Positions 1-12,771 of a DNA stretch of 49,574 nucleotides are shown one piece after another. Numbering within the stretch: position 1 is the stretch's first letter; each line of letters begins with the position of its first letter. The stretch is taken from the NCBI GenBank assembly GCA_963705725.1, contig CAVPKM010000015.1, positions 1 through 49,574 on the forward strand. The letters are read 5' to 3'. The DNA comes from an uncultured Gammaproteobacteria bacterium. GTDB lineage: Bacteria > Pseudomonadota > Gammaproteobacteria > UBA6002. A program made the translations under genes and the position numbers. The notes under the pieces are model-generated. The model was not told the origin of the DNA. It was given only the letters and a program-made list of their open reading frames with translations, and did not search any database.

Positions 1-1120
1 ATTTTGGCCCAATGCCAACCCCTGCTATCGCTTATTTAACTAGAACCTTGCGTGCTGAAGCAGGAATTGTGATTAGCGCTTCACATAATCCTTATCAGGA
101 CAATGGAATTAAATTATTTTCTAACCAAGGATTGAAGCTGCCGGACTCGCTAGAATTAGCAATTGAACAGCAATTAGAAAAACCCATGATCACCGTTGAT
201 TCGGCTGGACTGGGCAAGGCTTCTCGTATTGTCGATGCACCCGGTCGGTATATTGAATTCTGCAAAAGTACGGTTCATCCTCATGTTAATTTATTAGGAT
301 TAAAAGTCGTGGTAGATTGTGCGAATGGCGCTACCTATCATATTGCTCCAGACGTATTTAGAGAATTAGGGGCTGAAGTCATTGAAATTGCGACACATCC
401 CGATGGGTTTAATATTAATGAAAACTGCGGTTCTACCAAACCACAAGTTTTACAAAAAATGGTGCTGCAAGAAAAAGCAGATATTGGGATTGCGCTCGAT
501 GGTGATGGTGATCGGATGATTTTGGTGGACAATAAGGGTGAAGTGGTAGATGGGGACGAAGCACTCTACATCATTGTAAAACATCTGGTAGCCAATCAAA
601 ATTTTACTGGCGGAGTAGTTGGCACATTAATGAGTAATCTTGGTTTGGAGCTTGCACTGAAAGAAATGGGAATTCCCTTTAAGCGTTCTCAAGTGGGGGA
701 CCGATATGTGATGGCTGAGTTACAACAATCATCTTGGGTTTTGGGTGGAGAGCCATCAGGTCATATCGTCCATCTAGGGTTAACAACTACAGGGGATGGG
801 ATTATTTCTGCCTTACAAGTTTTAAGTGCCATGTGCAAGGCCGAGAAATCTTTAGCAGAAATCAAGGCGGGCATGACTAAATACCCGCAAGTATTGATTA
901 ATGTGGATACCATCCATGGAGAGCACTTGCTCGCCTCACCTTCTATTCAGAAGACGATGGAGAGTATTGCTACTTAAACTCGGTCAACGAAAAGGGGTTA
1001 CTTCGCCCATCAGGCACAGAGCCTGTAGTTCGGATAATGGTTGAAGGGGAAGAAAAGCAAATGATTAAATTATTAGCTAAAGAATTGGCCCAAGTCGTTC
1101 AAGAAGCAGCCCGTTCTTAA
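1..1120 (+). CDS. glmM: Phosphoglucosamine mutase (5' truncated by window edge; frameshift near 975-1000)
   Basis: ISASHNP active-site motif, DGDGDR metal-binding motif, GGEPSGH; C-terminal [16 protein letters not shown] continues in another frame to TAA at 1118-1120. Confidence 0.95.
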
Positions 1121-1123
1121 TGG

Positions 1124-1835
1124 TTACTGTTTTTTTTTCGTGAAAATGAATTTAATACCTCCACAAATATAGAAAAAATGATCGAAAAATAGAGGTACCC
1201 TCTGGGATAGAGTAATGAAAGCCATCAGCAATAAGAGATAAGACTTCAGTTCGTAGCAAGAAGCTTAAGGCTAACATTTTAATAGTAGGATGTTGATTGA
1301 TGATTTTGCTTAGTGGTTCGCTTAGAAAAATCATGGCTAAAATCGCTAGAATAATCGCTGTTGCCATAATCCAATAAGCAGGCGTCAAGCCAATGGCGGT
1401 GAATACGCTATCAAGTGAAAAAATGATATCTAAAATTCCGATTTGTGCCACTATTACCAACGTTCGAGGAGATTCTTTTTTAAAAACAATAGCTTTTTCG
1501 GGTTCCATTTCGTGATGAATTTCTTGGGTTGCTTTGACGAGTAAAAATAACCCCCCTCCAATCAATAACAGATCGCGTATTGAAAAATTAAAACCTGATA
1601 TGGTAAATAGTGGTTGTGTTAACTGAGCAATCCAAAATACCAAGGCCAGTAAAAGTAATCGAGTAATTAAAGCAAAAGTTAATCCAAGGCGCCTGGCCAT
1701 TTTTTGCTTTTCTTCAGGCAATTTTGCAGTGGCAACCGTCAAAAAGACTAAGTTGTCTATGCCAAGTATAATTTCAAGGAAGGTTAGAGTTAGGAGGCTA
1801 AAAAAAATACCGGTACTTGGCATTATATCTCTCAT
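1124..1835 (-). CDS. TerC family integral membrane protein (frameshifted near 3' end)
   Basis: LEIILGIDNLVF and DIIFSLDSVFTAIG motifs; shifted frame ends FSIFVEVLNSFSRKKKQ* at 1124. Confidence 0.88.
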
Positions 1836-1973
1836 TAGAAAATCTCATTCTATTTTAGTTGGGAATTTCATACAAATAATATTGTCAACTGCCGCGAGCC
1901 TAGGTAAAATTCGTCCAATTTTTTATCAGTTAAATTTTTCATTCTTTCATTGAAATAACGAGTAGGAAATATT

Positions 1974-2735
1974 GTGCGAAAGTGCTTAGTAGCTGGCAAT
2001 TGGAAAATGCATGGTAGCATGTCATTGGTTAATGATTTGTTAGTGTCATTAACCAATGATTTAAGATCTGAATATCAAGCTGAAGTGGTGATTTTTCCAC
2101 CCTTTATCTATCTCGATCGAGCAAAAAAATTATTGGAAAAAACCGGGATAAAACTTGGCGCGCAAAATTGTTATTCTAAGACGAAAGGGGCATATACTGG
2201 AGAAATCTCCCCCTTAATGTTGAGAGATCTCGGATGCGAATATGTATTGATTGGGCACTCCGAAAGACGTCAAATTTTTGGTGAGACAAATCAACAAGTT
2301 GCTGAAAAATTTATTGCTGCACTGCAGCATGGTTTAAAGCCTATTCTTTGTATTGGGGAATCAAAAGAAGAGCGTGAGGCGGGTGAAACATTTAACTGCC
2401 TGACTGATCAGCTAGCATTTCTTTTTGAAAGTCAAATATCGGAGGAACGCTTGCATGATGCGGTTATCGCTTATGAGCCGATTTGGGCAATTGGTACAGG
2501 GTTAACAGCAACGCCTTGGCAGGCACAGGAAGTGCATGAACACATCCGGCAACTGCTCATGAAACTTAATAAATCGCTTGCAGAAAAAGTCCGTATTCTA
2601 TATGGTGGTAGCGTTAAGCAAAGCAATGCTGCAGACCTTTTTAAAATGCCTGATATCGATGGTGGTTTAATTGGTGGTGCATCTTTGAATGCAAATGAAT
2701 TTTTGGAAATTGTAAAATTATGCTCGTCATTATAA
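1974..2735 (+). CDS. tpiA: Triosephosphate isomerase
   Basis: AGNWKM, GHSERR, AYEPIWAIGTG, YGGSV, GGASL motifs. Confidence 0.98.
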   Translation: MRKCLVAGNWKMHGSMSLVNDLLVSLTNDLRSEYQAEVVIFPPFIYLDRAKKLLEKTGIKLGAQNCYSKTKGAYTGEISPLMLRDLGCEYVLIGHSERRQIFGETNQQVAEKFIAALQHGLKPILCIGESKEEREAGETFNCLTDQLAFLFESQISEERLHDAVIAYEPIWAIGTGLTATPWQAQEVHEHIRQLLMKLNKSLAEKVRILYGGSVKQSNAADLFKMPDIDGGLIGGASLNANEFLEIVKLCSSL

Positions 2736-3033
2736 TGATTCTTCATGTGTTAGTATCAATAGCGTTAATCGCGCTCGTGTTGTTGCAACAGGAAAAGGTG
2801 CAGAAATGGGTGCTGCCTTAGGAGCGGGCGCATCTGGAACCATGTTTGGCAGCCAGGGTGCGACACCCTTTATGGTGAAATTAATTGGAAGTCTGGCTGT
2901 TATCTTTTTTTGTACCAGCTTAGGTTTGAATTATGTTGTTTTAAAAGTATCTCAGGTGCCCAAAGTTGATCTTTTAGACACAGTTGAACCAGATACCCCA
3001 ATATCGAAAGCTCCAATAAATCAGCAACCATGA
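2720..3033 (+). CDS. secG: Preprotein translocase subunit SecG (apparent frameshift near 2790)
   Basis: ATG at 2720 gives MLVIIMILHVLVSIALIALVLLQQ, then another frame gives GKGAEMGAALGAGASGTMFGSQG; lies between tpiA and tRNA-Leu. Confidence 0.92.
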
Positions 3034-3092
3034 GCACCAGGCAACAATTGTATAAATAGATATATCCCTCCTGTACTGAATATAGATATTTT

Positions 3093-3178
3093 GCCGATGT
3101 GGTGGAATTCGTGGATGCGCATGTATTGAGGGGGCAGTGGTGAAAGCCGTGTCGGTTCGAGTCCGACCATCGGCACCA
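3093..3178 (+). tRNA. tRNA-Leu (GAG); D-arm and anticodon stem imperfect in this sequence
   Basis: GCCGATG acceptor pairs with CATCGGC-ACCA; T-arm GGTTCGAGTCC; long variable arm; TTGAGGG anticodon loop; typical position after secG. Confidence 0.85.
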
Positions 3179-3212
3179 TTTAACTGGCCATAGGGAATTA
3201 GGTAAAGGCAAT

Positions 3213-3561
3213 ATGATAAATAACTATATCTGCCAATATTAATTTTCATTGCAATTGGTATCTTTTTTGGCCTTGCACCCATTGTAATGGGCGCATTGCT
3301 GGCCCCCCGTAATCCAAGTGCTGCAAAACTTTCTCAGTATGAATGTGGTTTTGAAGCTTTTGAAGATGCTCGCCTACCTTTTGACGTACGTTATTATCTA
3401 GTAGCAATTTTGTTTATTATTTTTGATCTTGAAACTGCCTTTCTCTTTCCTTGGGCGGTAGTCTTGCGCAAGATTGGTTGGTTCGGGTTGGGTGCGATGG
3501 CTATTTTTCTTGGTGTGCTAATTATTGGTTTCATTTATGAGTGGAGAAAAGGGGCGCTAGA

Positions 3562-3571
<10 letters not shown>
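3213..3571 (+). CDS. nuoA: NADH-quinone oxidoreductase subunit A (frameshift near 5' end)
   Basis: [23 protein letters not shown] and WRKGALEWE motifs; N-terminus [11 protein letters not shown] reached from ATG 3213 only via a shift. Confidence 0.95.
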
Positions 3572-4053
<482 letters not shown>

Positions 4054-4057
<4 letters not shown>

Positions 4058-4117
4058 CCTTATCGAAGGTGGCCAATGGCCAAATATGGATATTTCATTT
4101 CTGTCCTGAATAGTTAC
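4054..4117 (-). repeat. Internally deleted copy of the GTAACTATTCAG-type MITE-like repeat
   Basis: Reverse complement gtaactattcaggacagaaatgaaatatccatatttggcca...ccttcga aligns with 17731-17780; its other end (gtaac) contains the nuoB stop TAA. Confidence 0.75.
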
Positions 4118-4136
4118 TAATCGTTTAGAGAATGCT

Positions 4137-4831
4137 ATGACTATGATTTAAACACAGTTGATGCAGCTACAAGCAGGCTTAGGAGAAAGGCTAGCGCATC
4201 ACGATGTTCATTGCAATCAATTTACCAGATCGAAATCCTACCAGTGCATTTTAGGAAGTGTGTTTATTATTACGTGGTGAACCCTTTCATTTTGATGTGC
4301 TAGTAGATGTTTGTGGCATTGATTATTCGACTTATGGGACGGATGAATGGAAAAAAAATCGTGCGACGCTTTCTGGATTTAGTCGAGGCGTGATGGGGCA
4401 TCCGCAAAAAATGGGAGCGGAATTAGTGCCGGATGCGCGCTTTGCTGTCACCTACCATTTCTTATCAATCAAAAAAAATGAAAGACTCAGAATGCGCGTG
4501 TTTATTGATAAAGATCCGCCAATGATTGATTCTATTGTGGATATATTGGGCATCAGCTAATTGGTATGAACGAGAAGCATTTGATCTTTACGGCATCTTA
4601 TTTCTAAATCATCCAGACCTTAGACGAATTTTAACTGATTATGATTCTACAGGGCACCCATTTAGGAAGGATTTTCCGCTTATTGGCAATGTTGAAATGC
4701 GTTACGATGCGGCTACTGAAAGATGTATCTATGAGCCCGTTAGTATTAGACCACGAACCTTAGTACCAAAAGTCATTCGTGAAGATCACCGCTACCTGAT
4801 CACTGAAGAAGAAGGGCTGTCAGATGGCTGA
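4137..4831 (+). CDS. nuoC: NADH-quinone oxidoreductase subunit C (frameshifted; start approximate)
   Basis: [54 protein letters not shown]. Confidence 0.93.
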
Positions 4832-6079
4832 AATTCAAAACTACACGCTCAATTTTGGACCGCAACATCCTTCTGCTCATGGCGTTTTACGTTTGGTGTT
4901 AGAGCTCGAAGGGGAAGTCATTACCCGTGCTGATCCACATATTGGCTTATTACATCATGCTATTGAGAAACTAGCGGAATCAAAAATTTATAATCAGTCC
5001 ATCGGTTATATGGACCGGTTAGATTTATGTTTCTATGATGTGCAACGAACATGCTTATGTGCTTGCTATTGAAAAATTATTGGGTATCGCTCCTCCGACT
5101 CGTGCACTTTCTATTCGCGTGATGTTCGACGGGATTACTCGTATATTAAATCATTTGTTATGGCTAGGCAGTCATGCGCTGGATATCGGGGCAATGACGG
5201 TATTTCTTTGTATTCTTTTCGTGAACGTGAAGATTTGATGGATTGTTATGAGGCAGTATCTGGTGCCAGAATGCATGCCACTTATTATCGTCCAGGCGGA
5301 GTCAATCGAGACTTGCCAGAGACCATGCCTAAATATAAAGCATCAAAATTCAGATCAAAAAAAGAGATAGAGAGATTAAATGCACCTCGTCAAGGCTCTC
5401 TGTTAGATTTATTCTGGGATTTTACCGAGCGATTTTCCAAAACTAATAGATGAGTACGAAACACTGCTGACTGATAACCGTATTTGGAAGCAAGCCAGTT
5501 GGAATTGGCGTTATTTCACCTGAAAGAGCTTTGCAACTTGGGTTTAGTGGCCCCATGCTTAGAGGTTCTGGGGTAGAATGGGATTTGCGGCTAAAACAAC
5601 CCTACGCAGTTTATGATCACCTAGATTTTGGTATCCCCATCGGTAAAAATGGTGATTGTTACGATCGTTATCTCGTCAGAATTGAAGAAATGCGACAATC
5701 TAATCATATTGTTCGGCAATGCATCGAGTGGTTAAGACATCACCCGGGTCCTGTCTTATTGCAAGATCAAAAAGTTATTCCACCTCCACGAGAGATAATG
5801 AAGCGAGATATGGAATCATTAATCCATCATTTTAAATTAGTGACGGAAGGATATGTTATTCCTGAGGGTGAAACTTATGCCGTGGTTGAGCATCCAAAAG
5901 GGGAATTTGGGATTTATCTCATATCAGATGGTGGAAATGAACGTTACCGACTAAAAATACGTGCTGCGAGTTATCCGCATTTAGCTGCGCTAGATGAAAT
6001 GTGTAAAGGGCATATGATTGCAGATTTAGCAGCCATTATTTCAAGTATCGATGTGGTATTTGGTGGAATTGATCGGTAA
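4824..6079 (+). CDS. nuoD: NADH-quinone oxidoreductase subunit D (several frameshifts)
   Basis: [54 protein letters not shown] across ORFs 4824-6079. Confidence 0.95.
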
Positions 6080-6105
6080 CACTTAGCAAGGTACTAGGAC
6101 AAATT

Positions 6106-6630
6106 ATGACCGAATTAACCATGACAGAAAGTTTATTGTCAGCAGCCACCCGAGATCAGATCGATCAATGGCTTAAAAAATATCCAGCTAATCAAAAAAG
6201 GTCTGCTGTTTTGTATGCGCTTAGAATCGTGCAAGCTGAAAATGGAGGATGGCTAACAGAGGAGCTGATGGAGGCGGTGGCGAACTATCTAGAATTATCT
6301 ACTATTGCGGTATTTGAGGTGGCGACATTTTACTCCATGTATGATCTCAAGCCAGTTGGTCGTAACAAGATTAAAATCTGTACCAGTATTTCCTGCATGT
6401 TGCGGGGTTCTGACAAACTGATTAGTCATTTACAAACTAAGCTCGGGATTTCAGTAGGAGAAACCACGCCTGACAAAATGTTTACCTTGCAAGAAGTAGA
6501 ATGTCTGGCTGCTTGCGGTGGAGCGCCTGCCATCATGATTAATGATGAAATGTACTATGAAAATCTGACCTCGCAAAAGCTAGATGTCATCCTTGACACA
6601 ATAAAAGAAGCGGAGACGGCAAATGGCTAA
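6106..6630 (+). CDS. nuoE: NADH-quinone oxidoreductase subunit E
   Basis: [28 protein letters not shown] 2Fe-2S ligands. Confidence 0.96.
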   Translation: MTELTMTESLLSAATRDQIDQWLKKYPANQKRSAVLYALRIVQAENGGWLTEELMEAVANYLELSTIAVFEVATFYSMYDLKPVGRNKIKICTSISCMLRGSDKLISHLQTKLGISVGETTPDKMFTLQEVECLAACGGAPAIMINDEMYYENLTSQKLDVILDTIKEAETANG

Positions 6631-7898
6631 TGAAGTTTGTTTTCGCGTTCTCAATCTTGACCGTCCTTGGGAAATTGGCAGTTATGAAAGTGTGGGAGGC
6701 TATTCCGCCTGGCGACGAATTATAGAAAACAAAATACCTCCTGAAGAAATTGTGACAGAAATTAAAAATTCTGGATTAAGAGGAAGAGGCGGGGCAGGGT
6801 TCCCTACCGGCTTGAAATGGAGCTTTATGTCGGGTAAACCGGCCAAACAAAAATATTTGGTCTGTAATTCTGATGAAGGAGAACCCGGTACATTTAAAGA
6901 CCGAGATATCTTACGATTTAATCCACACGCCTTGGTAGAAGGAATAATCATCGCTTGCTATGCAGTCGGAGCCAATGTGGGATATAACTACCTAAGAGGG
7001 GGAATTTGCTGGCGAACCTTTAGATCGCTGTGAACGAGCTGTCGCAGAAGCGAGAACAGCTGGGTTGTTAGGTGAAAATATTTTAAATTCAGGGATTTCA
7101 ATTGAAGTGATTAACACCCTTGGCGCAGGTGCCTACATCTATGGAGAGGAAACTGCGTTAATGGAATCTTTAGAAGGAAAAAAAGGTTTCCCTCGTTACA
7201 AACCGCCTTTTCCAGCCAATTATGGATTGTATGGTTGTCCAACGACCATTAATAATACTGAAACGGCTAGCTTATTAAGTACCGTGATTATGGAGAAAGG
7301 CAGTGCCTGGTTTCAGAATTTAGGTACGCCCAATAATGGGGGGACGAAAATTTTTTCCATCTCTGGCCATGTTAATCGTCCTGGTAATTTTGAAGTTTCA
7401 TTGGGCATCCCATTTGTAGAATTATTAGAAATGGCGGGTGGGGTATTAAATGGCAATCGATTGAAGGCAGTGATTCCAGGAGGGACTTCCATGCCAGTTC
7501 TTCCCGCAGATATCATCATGCAGACAAATATGGACTATGACAGCTTGATGAAAGCAGGATCGATGCTTGGTTCTGGTGGGGTGATTGTGATGGATGAAAC
7601 AACCTGCATGGTTCGTGCTTTATTGCGCGTTTCGGAATTTTATAAAAATGAATCTTGTGGGCAGTGTACTCCTTGCCGAGAAGGAACTGGATGGCTGATG
7701 CGCATGGTTCATCGAATTGAACATGGAGAAGCGATGCCTGGTGATTTAGAAAAATTGCGTTCCGTCGCTAAGAGCATAGAAGGACGGACTATCTGTGCAT
7801 TAGGAGAGGCGGCAGCCTGGCCAGTAGCTGGATTTTTAAATCATTTTTATGATGAATTTGAATACCACATTAAACATAAGAGATGTATGGTGGCGTAA
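6623..7898 (+). CDS. nuoF: NADH-quinone oxidoreductase subunit F (frameshift near 7000)
   Basis: [53 protein letters not shown]. Confidence 0.96.
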
Positions 7899-7901
7899 CT
7901 T

Positions 7902-10293
7902 ATGATTGAATTAGAAATAGATAATAAAAAAGTTGAGGTGCCAGAAGGCACAATGATTATCCAAGCCGCAGAGAAAGTCAGCGGCGTTGAGATTCCACGG
8001 TTTTGTTATCATGATAAAGTATCCATTGCAGCGAATTGCCGGATGTGTCTGGTAGAGGTTGCTAAATCTAACAAGCCGCTTCCGCCTGTGCGACACCTGT
8101 AGCTCCCGGTATCAAAGTATTACTCGATCTAAAAATGCACTTGACGCACAGCGTTCAGTCATGGAGTTCCTACTCATTAATCATCCCTTTCATCGTCCTA
8201 TCTGTGATCAAGGCGGTGAATGCGAATTGCAAGATCTTTCAGTGGGTTATGGGAATGACATTTCTCGATACCATGAAGGCAAACGTTCTGTTGTAGACGA
8301 AGATCTGGGGCCCCTGATTGCTACTGAAATGACGCGTTGTATTCAGTGCACCCGATGCGTGAGATTTGGTACGGAAATAGCAGGAATGCGAGAACTTGGA
8401 GTAACAAATCGCGGCGAAAACCTTGAAATTTCAACCTATGTAGAAAAAACGATGAGGTCGGAGTTATCAGGGAATGTGATAGATCTCTGTCCAGTAGGTG
8501 CACTTACTTCAAAGCCATTTCGATTCACTGCGAGACCTTGGGAATTGCGCCAACATGTTTCCATTGCGCCACACGATTGTATTGGTTCAAATATTTTCGT
8601 TCATACCCGCGGCTATGAATATAATGATTACCGCTTAGTTATGCGTGTAGTTCCCCGCGAAAATGAAAAAATTAACGAAACTTGGATATCAGATCGAGAT
8701 CGTTTTAGCTATCAAGCTGTGCAAAGTTCAGATCGATTGTTGACACCTAAAATTAAGCGGGAATCAAGCTGGGTAGAGGTAGATTGGACCACAGCTTTAG
8801 ACTATATCGCTGAGAAATGGCAAAAGATCATTGCAAAAGAGGGCGCGGATCAAATTGCAGCACTTGCCTCCCCAAATTCCACGGTAGAAGAATTTTATTT
8901 ACTGCAGAAATTATTGCGTAAACTCGGCTCAAATAACTTGGATCATCGTATTAGGCAGCTTGACTTTAAGCAGCAAGATAATTATCCCAGCCATCCCCAG
9001 CTAGGGCTTGCTCTGCCTGATATAGAGCAGCTGGATAAGATTTTTTTGATCGGTTCTAACACGAGAAGGGAGCAGCCGCTTGCCAACCATCGCATTCGCA
9101 AGGCCTCTTTGAGAGGAGCAGAAGTAATTTGCGTTAATCCAATCGATTATGATTTCAATTTTGATTTGACAAAAAAAATTATTACCCCTTCTTGTGATAT
9201 TCCAAGAACCTTAGGTGGAATTTTGAAAGCTGTATCTCTTGAGCTAGATGCTGAAGTCAGTCCTTTTTTAAGTGAGATAACGCCTACCAGGGAAGAATTG
9301 ACCCATGCCAAGCTATTACTGAAAAAGGGGAAGGGGGTATTATTATTAGGATTGCATGCTTTGCAACATCCAAAAGCCGCTCTCATTCGTGCCTTAGCAG
9401 AACAAATCGCCTTCTTGTGTCATTTTTCAGTCGGTGAGTTAAGTCAAGGAGCAAATTCTGCAGGAGGTTGGTTGGCAGGAATGATTCCGCATCGTGGTGC
9501 AGGAGGAGTGTCACTAGAAAAACCAGGCTTACATGCAGATGATATTTTAAAACAAAAGCTTGCAAGTGTATTACTTTTAAACATTGAGCCCGAATTAGAT
9601 TGTTTAAATCCCATGAGCACTTATCAAACACTATTGAAAACTGATTTTGTCATTGCGCTTACGCCCTTTATTACAGAAACTCAAGAACAGTATGCAGATG
9701 TGTTATTACCTATCGCGCCTTTCTTTGAGACATCAGGAACTTTTATTAATGCGACCAATGAATGGCAAAAATTTGAAGCAGTAACAAAGCCGCTTGGTGA
9801 GGCAAAGCCAGCTTGGAAAGTACTGAGAGTATTAGGAAATCTTCTGAAATTGGACGGCTTTAACTATATTAAGAATGAGCAAATCATCGAAGAATTACAA
9901 TCCATTGTTGAAAAAATGCCGGCTTTATCTTCTCAATTAGCAATAGAAAATATACCATCTGATAACCAAAACGCGTTAACCTGTTTATTTGAATGGCCAA
10001 TGTATCAAGATGATAACTTCGTGCGTCGAGCAAGTGCATTGCAAGAATGGTCTGGGCAAGAAAAATTAGTGGCTATTAGGATTAATTCTACTGTTGCGGC
10101 TGAATTTAATGTTCAGGCAGGGGAGCTAATTTCTGTAATTCATGATGAAACAATACTGGATTTGCCAGTTGTTATTGATGATCGTATTGCTGGAAACTAT
10201 GTATTGCTGCCAGTTGGAATTCAAGAAACGGCTGCCTTTGGTGAGCACATGAGCATCATTAAGCTACTTAGGGGACGGCTTAGTAATGAGTAA
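7902..10293 (+). CDS. nuoG: NADH-quinone oxidoreductase subunit G (frameshift near 8080-8110)
   Basis: [47 protein letters not shown]. Confidence 0.96.
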
Positions 10294-11310
10294 TCTGTTA
10301 CTTCTCATCTGGACGGTTATTAAAATTTTGATCATTGTCATTCCGCTTTTAGGCGCTGTTGCCTACTTGACGCTTGCAGAACGGAAAGTCATTGGTTATA
10401 TGCAAGCAAGAATCGGACCTAATCGAGTGGGTTATTTAGGATTATTACAACCCATTGCTGACGGGATAAAGCTACTTAATAAAGAATTAATTATTCCGAG
10501 TGCATCAAATCGCTATCTGTTTATTATCGCCCCCATCTTATCCATTGCCCCTGCCTTGGCCGCCTGGGCGGTTATTCCCTTTAATCAGGGATGGGTACTT
10601 GCTAATGTGAATGCGGATTACTCTACCTCTTCGCAATGACCTCACTTGGCGTATACGGAATTCTGATCTCTGGCTGGTCTTCAAATTCTAAATATGCTTT
10701 TTATGGCGCCTTGCGTGCTGCAGCTCAAACGGTATCTTATGAAATTGCGATGGGGTTTACGCTTGTCGGAGTCTTAATCGCTTCAAATACGATGAATTTG
10801 CAAGAAATCGTGTTGCATCAAGCTGGTGGGATTTGGCATTGGTATTGGCTGCCATTATTACCTTTATTTGTTGTTTACTGGATTTCTGGTGTAGCGGAAA
10901 CCAATCGCGCTCCTTTTGATGTGGCAGAAGGTGAGTCAGAGCTGGTTGCAGGATTTAATGTTGAATACTCAGGAATTATGTTTGCTGTATTTTTTTTGGC
11001 GGAATATGCAAGCATGATCTTGGTATCCACGATTGCAGTCATTATTTTTTGGGGTGGTTGGTTATCTCCCTTTCAGGGTATTCCCTGGGTAGAACCAATT
11101 TTTGCCTTTGTGCCAGGTATTATTTGGCTGCTGATAAAAATAAGTGCTTTTTTATTCCTTTACATTTGGATGAGAGCAACATTTCCACGATATCGGTATG
11201 ATCAAATCATGCATTTAGGATGGAAGGTGCTCATTCCAATTACTTTGGTTTGGATATTCTTAGAGGCAATAGCCGTGGTGTTCAAAATCGGACCTTGGTT
11301 TAGCAGTTAA
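10286..11310 (+). CDS. nuoH: NADH-quinone oxidoreductase subunit H (frameshift near 10615)
   Basis: [59 protein letters not shown]. Confidence 0.96.
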
Positions 11311-11371
11311 GTGACTCAAGCGCAGCCTTTTACTGATCTGCTGTCAATACGCAGTTAAAAATTGAGATGTT

Positions 11372-11863
11372 ATGAGAAATTTAAAAGATCTTGCAAAAAG
11401 CTTTTTACTCCTTGAATTATTCAAGGGATTGGGTGTCACCTGGCGCGCATTTTGGTCGAAAAAATTTACGATTCAATACCCTGAAGAGGAAACGCCGATT
11501 TCTCCAAGATTTAGAGGGATGTTGGCGCTGCGTCGTTATCCAAATGGCGAAGAGAGATGTATTGCTTGTAAATTATGTGAAGCTGCTTGCCCAGCATTGG
11601 CTATTACCATTGAAGCAGCGCCGAGGGCCGATGGCTCAAGAAGGACCACACGTTATGATATTGATGCCTTTAAATGCATTTATTGTGGTTATTGTGAAGA
11701 AGCTTGCCCGGTTGACGCGGTGGTACTCACCCCAGAAAGCCATTACACCATGCAGAAACGGGGCGATGAGATTTTTACAAAAGAAAAATTACTTGCAATA
11801 GGCGATATTTACGAAAAGAAAATTGTTGCGGCAAGGGTAGAAGATACAAAGGATAAAAATTAA
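11372..11863 (+). CDS. nuoI: NADH-quinone oxidoreductase subunit I
   Basis: [12 protein letters not shown] and [12 protein letters not shown] 4Fe-4S motifs. Confidence 0.97.
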   Translation: MRNLKDLAKSFLLLELFKGLGVTWRAFWSKKFTIQYPEEETPISPRFRGMLALRRYPNGEERCIACKLCEAACPALAITIEAAPRADGSRRTTRYDIDAFKCIYCGYCEEACPVDAVVLTPESHYTMQKRGDEIFTKEKLLAIGDIYEKKIVAARVEDTKDKN

Positions 11864-12465
11864 TGAATGCCCAAACCATTTTATTCTATCTACTCTCAGC
11901 GCTATTAATTTTTGCTGCAATTATGGTAATTTTTTCAAAACATCCTGTCCGCGCAGTCATGTATCTAGTTTTAGCTTTTGTTGTCAGTTCAGCTTTATGG
12001 ATGATGTTGGAAGCTGAATTTTTATCACTGGTATTAATTTTTGTCTATGTTGGCGCAGTGATGACGTTATTTTTGTTTGTTGTTATGATGATTAATATTG
12101 ATCTTGCGCCGCTTAAAGCAGGGTTTGTGCGTTACTTGCCGCTAGGATTGATCGTCACAGCGATAATAGTGGGATTGATTTTCTATGTGCTGACTCCTCG
12201 ACACTTTCCTTTTGGAGTCGATAGTCAGCTGATTCAACACCCAGCAAGCTATAGTAATGTTCAAGAATTGGGTTCAGTACTTTATACTCAATACGTTTAT
12301 CCTTTCGAAATTGCTTCTGCCATTTTATTAGTGGCCATTGTTGCGGCAATTAGTCTTGCATTTAGAGGAAAAAGAGGGGGTAAATCCCAACGAATTGCTG
12401 AGCAAGTTGCTGTACGTAAGGCAGATCGTTACTATGTTGTTAACATGAAACCAAGGCAACCATGA
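11863..12465 (+). CDS. nuoJ: NADH-quinone oxidoreductase subunit J
   Basis: [26 protein letters not shown]; position in operon. Confidence 0.96.
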   Translation: MNAQTILFYLLSALLIFAAIMVIFSKHPVRAVMYLVLAFVVSSALWMMLEAEFLSLVLIFVYVGAVMTLFLFVVMMINIDLAPLKAGFVRYLPLGLIVTAIIVGLIFYVLTPRHFPFGVDSQLIQHPASYSNVQELGSVLYTQYVYPFEIASAILLVAIVAAISLAFRGKRGGKSQRIAEQVAVRKADRYYVVNMKPRQP

Positions 12466-12767
12466 TTCCATTATCTTATTATCTTATCGTAAGTGCTGTT
12501 CTGTTTGGTTTAAGCCTGGCAGGAATCTTTTTAAATCGCAAAAATGTCATTGTGCTCTTAATGTGCATTGAACTCATGTTTTTAGCCGTAAATACTAATT
12601 TTGTTGCTTTTTCACAATACTTACATCAACTTACCGGTCAATTATTTGTATTCTTTATTTTAACCGTTGCAGCTGCTGAATCGGCTATTGGCCTAGCTAT
12701 CTTGGTTGTGTTATATCGAAATCGTGGAACCATTAATGTTGAAGCATTAGATTTATTAAAAGGGTAG
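12462..12767 (+). CDS. nuoK: NADH-quinone oxidoreductase subunit K
   Basis: [27 protein letters not shown]. Confidence 0.97.
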   Translation: MIPLSYYLIVSAVLFGLSLAGIFLNRKNVIVLLMCIELMFLAVNTNFVAFSQYLHQLTGQLFVFFILTVAAAESAIGLAILVVLYRNRGTINVEALDLLKG

Positions 12768-12771
12768 CACT

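Noticed and set aside
1836-1973. yybP-ykoY (Mn2+) riboswitch upstream of terC
   Set aside because: No recognisable conserved riboswitch sequence or stems in this short AT-rich spacer
2900-3282. Two ~100-aa minus-strand ORFs over secG/tRNA-Leu/nuoA
   Set aside because: Antisense translations of the tRNA and the flanking genes
11311-11371. nuoH-nuoI spacer as another copy of the MITE-like repeat
   Set aside because: Only weak similarity (gtgactcaagcgcag); neither terminus can be aligned convincingly
11391-11801. 136-aa alternative-frame ORF within nuoI
   Set aside because: No RBS or motif; overlaps a constrained Fe-S gene; chance open frame
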